Under the pieces are notes generated by a model. It ran no database searches and was not told where the DNA came from. It was given only the letters and a program-made list of their open reading frames with translations. Made by a program: the position numbers and the translations under genes. Shown piece after piece: positions 53,694 to 64,000 of a stretch of DNA of 64,000 bases (positions within the stretch are counted from its first letter, which is position 1; every line of letters begins with the position of its first letter). This DNA comes from Octopus vulgaris (taxonomy: Eukaryota), in assembly GCA_951406725.2 (NCBI GenBank), contig OX597814.1, forward strand, positions 52,514,001 through 52,578,000. Direction: 5' to 3'.

Positions 53694-53919
53694 TTGTGTA
53701 CCATATGTAGGCATTATTGATGTGTGTTTATTACTACTCATGAATTTTCTTGGTTTGTTTATTATTTGTTACCCTCTCATCAAAAAGATTCTAATATCAG
53801 TATGGAAATAGATTTATCAGTGTCAGTCCTTCATTTAATTTCAGCATTTACGACTAAGACCATGCTAAAGCACTGTCTTGAAAATGGAAAATTTTGAATA
53901 TTTTTATATTATATTTCAG

Positions 53920-54489
53920 ATTGTGAGGAGAGATGACTCAACTCGCTGGATTCCCTATGAACAGATTGTTGAACAAGGAAAAGTGTTGGAAAACGAATGT
54001 TCTGGAAATATTGACCTTCTTGGAGGGTTGCCTATTTTTGAAAATCTGCCTGAAAACAAAGATGGGAAAAATGAGAAAAATGCTGATAGTGATGGTTTGA
54101 ACAAATTTGCTGTCAAATACATGGAACAGTTAATGAATGAGTATGTGGAAAAGGAGACTCTGGATGATCTCATTTTTGGTCCTGGCATCACTTCTCTTGA
54201 AAGGAAAGTAGTCACAAATATTGCTTTCAACTTACATCTGAAAATGGATGTCAGGCAACATGAAGGCAAGAATTACCTGTGCATCTCCAAAAAACTTTCT
54301 CCAGAAGAAATAAGTTATTTCCTCAAAGTGCACAACACTGGGCATGGCAAATATGTTTTGGTGCCCAAAGTGGAATTACCTGGTTCAATGGAGACATCTT
54401 TCAGCGACAATTCCTCCACAACCAAAACCTCAGAAATATCTAATTTGCAAGGAAAGAAAGATTTTACTATGGATGTCAGTGTGAATTAG
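53920..54489 (+). CDS. NKRF-like: Terminal coding exon: linker and R3H-like domain
   Basis: Acceptor atatttcag ends at 53919, phase 0, open to TAG at 54487-54489. DLIFGPGITSLERKVVTNIAFNLHLK...YLCISKK...GHGKYVLVP resembles the NKRF R3H domain and C-terminal tail. The four exons total 3270 nt, a multiple of 3. Confidence 0.88.
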   Translation: MVRRDDSTRWIPYEQIVEQGKVLENECSGNIDLLGGLPIFENLPENKDGKNEKNADSDGLNKFAVKYMEQLMNEYVEKETLDDLIFGPGITSLERKVVTNIAFNLHLKMDVRQHEGKNYLCISKKLSPEEISYFLKVHNTGHGKYVLVPKVELPGSMETSFSDNSSTTKTSEISNLQGKKDFTMDVSVN

Positions 54490-57420
54490 TGTGTTTTAGT
54501 TTTCTGACTCTTTCCACCAATCTCCTACTCTAATCTAAGTATATAACTATCTGCCATTAAGTCATCATTTTTAATCCACCACTTTGCTAATCATATTTCC
54601 ACTTCAAAAACTAAAAAAAATGGTTTTAACAAATTTTATATAAAAATGTATATCATATACTTATCTAACTTTCTTTGTATAGTATCAATAAGGCTTTGCA
54701 ATTAGTTTTAAACTCAAATCACTAACTATTCCATTATTCCCCCCACTCCCTCTTCCTACTTTTTGAAGAACAATCTAAAATTGTTTTCTATTTAATGAGA
54801 AAAAGATGTGATGCTCATTTTTTATTTTTTGCAACCCTATTGTCTGAAAGTTTATTTGAATATTTTGCAACCTTGTGGCTGTCATAGAACTGCTCTGGGA
54901 TATTGGGATATTTTAAAATGTTTTTCAACCATAGTATTTGTGCAAGCAACCCTCTCTCTCATATATATATATTTATATATATATATATACACACACATAC
55001 ACACGACTTCACTATACAGATGATGGATTTAGTATCATCTGCTAATTTGATGGACTTCTTAATGACATGCAGACTAAGTGAGGTTTGCTAATGTTGCTTT
55101 TCTGATTGGTCACATTTTTGCCTCACAGATCACAAATATTTGGTTGATAAGGGTTGCCAATTTCATGCTTCTTTTTATATTAGACAAATTATTACATGCT
55201 ATTTTTTATCTGATAGCTCATTTAAATTTTCTGCTTTCCTCTCTCTCTGTTTTACCAAAATTTATTTTCTAAAATATGAAAGACAATGTATTGATTGTAT
55301 TTCCATTCCAAACTCTAAAATATTTTATCCATCAATTTAACATTATCTCGGTTTTGAGCTGGCAATATATTTTCTAAGTTTCTTTGTTGCTTTTACCTGT
55401 TTTGATAAGTGGTTTGGGTTTACTGCTTCTTCATTTAACTTCAGGTATGCATTTTTGGCACATTTGAAATATGTACCCTTATCCTCATTTATTTTGATAT
55501 AATGATCATATCTCTGTTCTGTAAGATAAAACAGTGTATCAGTGATATAATTGAATTCACTCAATAATTCCAACTAAAATAAGTCGTATAACTGGTCTAG
55601 TATACTATCATTGATGAAGGACTTTACCCTATGATACTGCCTAGTATTGCCATTGACAGTTAATAGTATCCTTAAGAAACAAAGCAGACATCAGAAAAAG
55701 AAGCTGGGCAATTTTTGTTATTAATTCCACTTTGAGAAATTATTAACAGAATCTAGTTTTATTTTATAATTATAGAATTATAAAGCCTGTTTGATAAAAT
55801 TGATTGGGATAAATTGCTTAAATGTTTGTTCTGAAAATGTACATTTAAAGCAGTTTCTTCTAAATTTTTTTTTACTGAAGGCTAAATATTTCGGAAAGCT
55901 GACATCTGGATACAATTTCTGTTACAAAACTACTTTTCTAGGATGTACAATTAGAGGAATTTTTGCTTATAAAATGTCTCTTGACACTGACATTGAATGT
56001 GAGCTACTTGTTGTAGAGTTGGCTTCAATTGTTGGTATTTAGAGATTTCTATTATACTGTTGACTAGTTAGTTTGTTCCTAATGTATCTAGTAGTCTTTT
56101 TATCTTTAGAATTTTGGAGATGATTTACTATAGCAAGTTGATCACAGATGTCAGATGACACCCTTTGTGCTACCATCTTAAATCTTTTCGGAGTGTTTTC
56201 TACCCATAAAAAAATATAAAATAAAGAAAACACAGTAGTGCAAGGGGCATGCATTTATTCAGATATTATCTATTTTGTTTTTCTATCTGTAAACTGATTA
56301 AAATATCTTTGTTGAATTTTGAGTGAACTTCTTTTTCCTTTAAGGTACAGTGTTAAAAATTGTTCCCTTTTTATAATAGGCATTGATTTTGGCTGTATGA
56401 TTAAAAAAAATTTTTTATTGTTGGGAAGTAAGTTTGGACTTACGAAGCATAAATTGGCTACTCCACTAAATAATGGAAATCGTAGTTTTTAATATACTTC
56501 TCCCATTCCTTATCATTTGCTCTAATTGAATTTTTTTTACACTCACATCAAAAATAATCTCAAAACATTTGTAATCTATTCTATTTCTAGTCCAGTTGTT
56601 CAACATTTTGTTAATTTTGTTTTCTCTTTAATATCTCCCTCTTCCTACACCCACTTTTTAAATAATTCCTATAATGATTGGGTGTGGTTGAGGGCTTCCT
56701 CTAGTGTAACCAGGTTATGGTTGCTATTAGTAATATTTTGTATAAAGTTTTAAGACAACAGAAAATTTGTGCTGCTTAAAACATTGAAAGCTTCTTATTG
56801 TCTTGACTTTTTTCATACCATTGTCATTATTAATTGGAAGGAAACTTATCCTTGTGAAATGATTAAATAATTTTTTTTTGTTTGTAGAATATGCCAAATT
56901 AATGTAGTATTCTACTTGATGACATTGTGATTATATGATAATTTTTTCTTTGGTAATGCTTACTACTTTGCTTGCAGATGTTTACTACTGATTTCAAATT
57001 TGTATGTTGATTATGAATCACTGTAATATCTATAGCAGAGATTTGGCCTGAAGAAACCAGCTTAGTTTTTGTTTAATTGAGGCAATGAAATGTTCCTTTT
57101 AGTTCTCGTTAATGATTTTAGTTATGCATTATGGTTAATTGTATAGTCACTGGTGTCTTATATATATTAGAAAACTGAAATTAGAAACATTTGTGTTTTG
57201 GTTAAAAAAGAAAAGAAAAAAAACAAAAAAAATGCAAAACAAAATTCTCCAGGTAAACATTTGAAAATGTTAGAAGCATTTTGCCAATATTTTGCAAACT
57301 GGCAAATTCAATTCTTTGATGGGTTCTTTTTTTTAATAAAGATATTTGAAAGTATCAGTAGTGCCTTGATTTCATGATTTCTAATATCAAGTCAAAAATA
57401 TTTATTCAATATGGAATAAA
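54490..57420 (+). other. Probable long 3' UTR with candidate poly(A) signals
   Basis: U-rich, largely transposon-free sequence after the stop. AATAAA at 56220, 57335 and 57415, with T/GT-rich sequence downstream of the last two. Confidence 0.5.
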
Positions 57421-59608
57421 TAATCAAGTTTTCTGTTTATGTAAATTCTTTGTGATATTCTTGACGTGTTTTTTTTTTATTCAGAAGGAAGAGTAGTACC
57501 AATGTTTTTTGTTTCTATTTTTTCCTGGTCTTTGAGACTGGTGATGTGGAATGAGAAAAACATGAAGGTTATTCTTGGCTTGAATGTTTGCACTAGAGTG
57601 GACTCTGATAAAGGCCAATTGGCATGTTTTTAACCCACTCATGCAATATCACTCCAAGCTTAGTTTGCCATGTAGTGGGATTGAACATGGTACTGTCTGA
57701 TTATAGCCCATACTTCTTAACCACATGTAGGAAATAGTCAAACTGTGAAATGTGTATACTTTGTGAGAGAAAGTCTGTCTATTGTAGTGTTTTGTCATGC
57801 GTGTGAGAAAAGTGATTACAACTGCTTAGGTATTGAAGGTTGGTGATTTCAGTTTGGAATTTAGGGTGTGCCAAATTTATAGGGGATTTGATGTTTATTG
57901 AACTGTTTGTTACAGGGAAAATGTAAGGGGTTTGGGAAACTTCCAGCTCAAGGAATGAGTTATTTAGAGAGAGTATGTAGTGGTGGCATGAAGCTTTAAT
58001 CTGCTTGGAGAAGAAGCAGTGGGATAGTGTTGTACAGCGACCCACAACAAATAGTGGGTTGTATGCTATTTAATATTAAAAAATGCTGGAAGTAAACAAA
58101 AATCAGAACTGATAATTTTAAGTATACAATGCTGGATCTAAGTTGTTGCCTTTATCAGGGGAAATAATTCCTGTAAAATATGATAGTACTCGTAGCTTTT
58201 CTCAATGTCTATTTGTTTCTGCATGTTATGTGAACATCTTAGTTTTCTAAAGCTGATGTTTTACATTCTAATCTTTAAAAATTAGGTTTGAAATCCATAT
58301 AGTGTCCTCTGTAGGCTTCCAATAATTTGAAGGAACAAAAGCCAAGTAGTTTAGCGATTGTTCTTTAGGTTCAAGTCATTAATGAAGGCTTTCTTAGTAT
58401 AACCATTCCTTGTTTCACTGGACTATATCAAATGTGACTTTTTTTCTAGCAGGTACAGCAGGTTCCTCCTCCAAGTACAATGTTTTGATATTTATAAAAC
58501 CTAAATGAATGAGCTAATAAGAAAACTGCTATCCAGTTGCTTGACCTGCTAGAAATAACAATGGAATCACTCTCAAAAGGACATATTGGATAATAATGTT
58601 CTAGATACACTGAATTTGAATGAAATATAGGAAAGTTATAGCTGATTGTATATTTGTAACTTAAATAGGCAATTGTGAAGCATCAATGTAGATTTAGAGA
58701 GGTATGTTGGCATGTTTTGAAATAATTTCCATATATAAATCCATATTTCTTCGACTGTATTCAATATAAAGTTTTAAAAGATATATTCTCCATGTCTTAA
58801 ATCTATATTTGGAATAAGACCTCTCCAGATGAAGCTTGAACTAAGAAATTTAATTTCTAGAGCTTGGTGTTTCAAACATCTTACTCTCATTTTCCTCATT
58901 CAGATTCTTTTAAATGTAATGCTTATTTATTTACATTATTTTGAATTAATCCTGCATTATCTCATAGGTTCAAGACTTGATGTGTTTGTTCATTTTATTT
59001 TAGAAAACCATTGTAGGGTATGTGTGAGAGGCTGGATCTGGCCAGTTTGAACATAAAAACAGGTGGAATATTTGGGGTGGCTATGACTGGTTTACTAAAG
59101 GGTTAATCTTTATTAAATTTAGGGGTACAGTTTTGGAATAAGCATCTCGTTTGCAACTCTTAACTTTTTTCCACATTTCTGCTTTAAATATCAATTTAGA
59201 ATTGTGGAGAAGGAAACTTCAATATTTCAGATTTTCTTAACTTTTTCCCCATACTACCAGTATTTTCATTTTTGTATGTATATTTTAATCTCTGACATTT
59301 ATTTTTATCATCCCCACTTTTATAATTTTGCTATTTTTAAAAACTAGAACTTAAATAGTTTTACGCTTTTGAACCTCAGAGATTCAGAACCTGAATAAAT
59401 GGGTAAATGAAAATTTTCTTTTAATCAAAAGCCGAGTAAAATTTCAATGTTCACAGCTTCAGTTTTTTGTTTGCTTTTTATGAGTATATTTTTTGTGAAT
59501 ATGTAATTATACTTACTTTAAAAAAAAAAAAAAAGAAACCAAAACATTTTAATTTTTTAGGAATAGGAACAGCTAAATATTTTTAAATGCAAACATAATA
59601 TATTTATA

Positions 59609-60236
59609 GTAAAGATTGTTTGCTAACATAACATGGCAGTCTTGGTTTAGGATGAATGTTGCTGTAATTTAGTCCCAGGAGACATCTCCAGCTGGCTTTA
59701 CAGTATGATTTGTGTCCTTATATTTTTGAAGAAGGGAATCTAGCACCCCCAACTCAGCTCAAAACAATATCTGTGTATTGCAATTTCTGGGTTATTTCCC
59801 TTCAGCAGCACAGAATAATTGTTTGGCTAGAGGTTGTGCTGCCAAATTCCTGTTCGAAATAGTTTTCAAAATGACAACTAGTCACTGATCTATAAATTAG
59901 AAAATTGCTATTTTTAAATCTCACAACGTGAGATATTCAGCAACAATACTTGGGAGTAAAGATTGTTTGCCAACATAACATGGCAGTCTTGGTTTAGGAT
60001 GAATGTTGCTGTAATTTAGCCCCAGGCGACATCATCTCCAGCTGGCTATGCAACATGATCTGTGTCCTCATATTTTCGCCACTTCTAGCTGAACAATTAT
60101 TCTTTCTAATATACTCTGGAATTTTACATGAAATCCTTTAAAGCGAAGTAAAGATTGTTTGCCAACATAACACAGCAGTCCTAGTTTAGGACTAATGTTG
60201 CTGTAATTTTGCCCCAGGAGACATCGTCTCCAGCTG
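59609..60236. repeat. Three spaced direct copies of a ~90-bp unit
   Basis: gtaaagattgtttgc(c/t)aacataacatggcagtc...ctccagctg at ~59609, 59956 and 60148. Confidence 0.85.
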
Positions 60237-60404
60237 AGATTTATCAATCAAAAGGAGTACAACTATAATTGTTTATTCTAAGTGATTCAAAATGTTTCCT
60301 AATATTTGATGAGGTTAGCCAAGTTTAGATTTTAACAGGATGCTCATGAGGATTTAAAATTCCTATTCCTTTTAGAGTGTGGGTGTGTGTGTGTATATAT
60401 ATAT

Positions 60405-60762
60405 ATCATCATCGTTTAACATCTACTTTCCATGCTGGCATGGGTTGGATGGTTTGACTGAGGACTGGTAAGCCAGGAGGCTGCACCAGGCTCCAGTCTG
60501 ATCTAACAAGGTTTCTACAGCTTGATGCCCTTTGAGAGTGTAATGGGTACTTTTTACATGCATCCGGCATGGGGGCCAGTCAGGTGGCACTGGCATTGGC
60601 CATGTTTGTATGGTGCTTTTTATGTGCCACTGGCATGGGAGCCAGTCAGGCGGTACTGGCATCGACCATGCTTGAATTGTGCTTTTTATGTGCCACTGGT
60701 ATGGGAGGCAGCACTGGCATCAACAACGTTCATATGGTGCTTTTTATGTGCCACCTGCACGG
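60405..60762 (-). mobile_element. RTE 3' UTR fragment with internal ~60-bp subrepeats
   Basis: Same family. Repeated gtgctttttatgtgccactggcatgggagccagtcagg units. Confidence 0.75.
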
Positions 60763-61819
60763 AACCCAGGTTCAAGATTTCCCCAAGACACCTGATGAAG
60801 GCTGGAGGGTATATAAGCCGAAACATGTTAACAAGAAACGAGATCAGTGCAAATATTTGTCAAATGTAAATAATTTTTAAAAATTATAACTAATTTCTGA
60901 TATATACTGAGGTAACGGAATTGTTAGCATGCTGGATAAAATGCCACTAAGCATTTTATCCATCTTCACATTGAGTTTGATATCATCAACAAGCATCTTT
61001 TCCCAAAATTTCAATCCTTGCCTCTGTAGTAAAAGGATTATTTTATACATTTGTAGATTCTGAGTTGCTCTTCAAAACAAATCCAACAACCATTACATGA
61101 TAAAAATTAGTGGGGGCTAACAAAATCCAAGCTAAAATGAATGTCTTGCTCTCTACATGTTAGAGCAATGATTCTCAACTGGGATTCCATGCAAGCAAAA
61201 TAGTAAATTGGAGATCCAAAGTAGTATTTTAAGAGTACATGAAAAAATTTTACTTTAGTTCCATTTATTGCAAGAAACAACTTAGTTTCTTTAATGTTTT
61301 ACATAGTTCAAACTACACAAGTGAATGTTTGAAAAACAAAATAGAAATTTTGAAAGAAGTTTTGATTAAACCAGTTTTTAAACATTGAATGGCTATGTAA
61401 GTCTACCAGAGCAAAATAGTAATCAAAGTGGGTTCGTAGGTAAAAGATGGTTGAAAACCACTGTTGGAGTATATGACAAGCATTATAACTTTATTTTTGG
61501 CTTTCTTTCAAATTAATTTTTCTGAATTATATTCTATGAGTATGCTTTTTTTTCTTTTTTTTTTTTAATATCAGATTCAGAATCTGTTAGTTTCTCCAGA
61601 ATTTTCTTTTCCAAAATGTTTTTCAAACAAAATAGCTCAATCAAATAGGTAGGAAATGTTATCATTAAATGCTGACTTTTCCATGCTTGCATGGGTGAGG
61701 CAGATTTTCTATGGCTGGATGCCCTTCTTGTCACCAATCTTCATCCATTTTTAAACAAAGTAATATTTGCCCATGGCCAGACATTTTACACAGAAGACTG
61801 GAAAAAAATATTACTTTTA

Positions 61820-63043
61820 TGAGGGTAGGCAGAAAAATGTATAGGTTGACTATGAAGGAGTGATGCTAGAGCTGTGAAATCTTGCATGCATTAATTTCAG
61901 CTTTTCTTATTAATAACTGCATTGTTTCTTTCCCGGTAAACATCTGAGAGTTCAAAGAATTCAAATGTAATTAGTAGCAACATCTCTTGAAAATCCACAA
62001 AATTTGGCATCATGTTGTTAACAAGCACCTACAGAAAAAGGGTTTACCTACCAAGGACATTCATGCTGACATGGTTGCTATATTAGGGGATGATGCTCAG
62101 CATTATCAACAGGGTGAGTCTTGAAGATGACACAAGGTCTAGATATCCTACAACTGCCACTACTGAGGAAATCATTGATCGTATTCACCAAATAGTGATG
62201 GATGACAGACGATTGGCTATAAATCAAATAGCCAATGCGATTAGCATATTTCTTGAGAGAGTTGAGAATATTCTGCACAATAAACTTGGCAAGACGAAGG
62301 TTCTGTTCACTGGGTGCCATGTCTTCTGACACCTGGTCAAAAGTGCAGCAGCCTGATTACATTATGAGAAAATCTAACATTGTTTTAGGCAGATCCAGCT
62401 GGTTTCCTTGAATGTTTCCTAACCTAGGATGAGTGTTGCATCACTTTGAGCTAGAGACAATACATGCCGTGGAAATACCCCTCCTCACCTGCTGCAAAGA
62501 AGGTCAAAGTTGTTTCATCTGCTAGGAAAGTGATGGCCTCAGTTTTTGGGATGCAAAAGGCATTGTGTTTATGTACTATTTTCAAAAGGGCCATACTATC
62601 AATGAAGAGTACAATGCCAACTTGTTGAGGTAGTTACAAAACGCTATCAAGACCAAACACCGAAGAAAAATGACAAAGGAGGTTTTGTTTCATCAAGACA
62701 ATGCTCCAGTACAGCTTTCAACAGCTGTAGCGTGTGACTGGCATTGAACTGGTTGATCACCGTCCCTATTCTCCTGATTGGCCCCTTTTGACTATCATGT
62801 TTCCCAAAATGAAAATGCACTTGGCTGGGAATCAGTATCGTGATGATGATGACGTCATATCTGTCTTTGATGACATCTTTGACCAACAGGATGAAAGCTT
62901 CTTCACGTACGAGATCCAAGCATTGCATCACCGATGGAAGAAGTGTGTGGATCGCTAGGGGGTTATGTTGGAAAATAAATCTCATTTGGTTACATTCCAT
63001 GAGAGTATCTTGGTCAGCCTATGAACTTTTCAGCCGACCCTTG
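61820..63043 (+). mobile_element. Decayed full-length mariner (Himar1/irritans-like)
   Basis: Imperfect TIRs at both ends. Fragments SLEDDTRSRYPTT, FHQDNAP, HRPYSPD and HRWKKCVD, with stops and frameshifts. Confidence 0.88.
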
Positions 63044-63199
63044 TGTGAAACTAGTGCTCATTTACATCCATCGCACAATGTCAAGACAAGGGCACACATA
63101 CACAACTTTTTCATTAACTGACGGAGGTTGTTTGAGTTAGAATAACTCTTCCGTTATAACAACATTTCTTCCCGTTCTTTATTGCAGGCAAATAATGTT

Positions 63200-64000
63200 T
63201 CAATCAAAAACAATGTATCGTTATTGAATACTTGACGAAGGTGGGGTGCAGGCTATCCAACATCCACAGAAGGTTACAAGTTGTTTATGGAGGTGACATC
63301 AAAAGAGCTATGTGCACATATGGGTGAAGTTTAAAAAAGTGGAAACTGCCATTGAAGACAAACTACGCAACAGGAGACCATCAACTTCGGCTACTGATTG
63401 ACATGAATCGCTTATGAGTGAACGAAATAATTCACGCAGACAGAGGAGTCACAATTCGTGAGTTTGATGCAAGACTGCACTATGGTCATAACGCGTTACA
63501 GAAAATAGTATCGAAGACTCTAGTGTTGGAACCTGTGCAAAGTATACCTTAGTAGTTGACATCTCTTTTGAAGGAGAGAAGGGTAGATGTTTGTTCCGGT
63601 CTGTTGAACATACCAATGAAAACGAAGTGGCATACTTTGTAACCCAGATAATTCAGAAATGATGGCATAGTCGCTAAGATAGGGTCACATTTTTTCTCCA
63701 AAGCCTAAGAACTTCATGAGCCAGCGATCAACACAGAAGGTCATTGAAATTATTTTGGGGTATAATAAGGACATTATTCTCTTCGATGTTCTTGAATGTG
63801 GTTATTGTGAACTGAAAGTGGTACAGTGAGACTCAAAATTCTTAGAGAAGTCATTAGGAAGAAAGGACTGAACAAATATTTGAAAGCAATCCATATTTAT
63901 AATAATAATGCGCAACCACACACATCATTGATATCAAATCAGGCATTCGGTAAATTTGGTTGGTTAGTGGTCTTCCTCCGTCATACGGCCAGAATATGGC
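63200..64000 (+). mobile_element. Second decayed mariner transposase, truncated by the window end
   Basis: KQCIVIEYLTK...IHRRLQVVYG, IEDKLRNRRPST and NNAQPH motifs. Confidence 0.72.

Noticed and set aside
55600-55670. TTGATGA...stem motif in the 3' UTR, considered as hammerhead or SECIS
   Set aside because: No GAAA core or proper stem I, and the CDS has no in-frame UGA to need a SECIS.

Overview
AT-rich, repeat-dense eukaryotic DNA. The mix of SINE, RTE, Penelope-like and mariner repeats and the (TA)n/(CA)n tracts suggests a cephalopod, probably Octopus (inferred from recalled repeat families, not a search). One host protein-coding gene is well supported on the + strand, with coding exons 46325-47294, 47459-49064, 50106-50229 and 53920-54489 (3270 nt, 1089 aa). 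The protein has an N-terminal S/Y/G/Q/N-rich and RGG low-complexity region, four dsRBD-like repeats and a C-terminal R3H-like domain. Its C-terminal part resembles NKRF, but no G-patch is visible and the R3H His is replaced by Thr. A CpG-rich promoter near 28 kb and several small non-coding exons probably form its 5' UTR. A second CpG-rich region near 15 kb may hold the first exon of a minus-strand gene that leaves the window. The rest is decayed transposons: four mariners, a Tigger/pogo, hAT, Gypsy, RTE and Penelope-like remnants, MITEs and SINEs. The most unexpected signal is a set of about eight type I hammerhead-ribozyme-like motifs from several unrelated repeat families, including a tandem pair 324 nt apart, an A6U core variant and a family with a ~70-nt stem II domain. 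All family assignments are by eye and need HMM or covariance-model confirmation.
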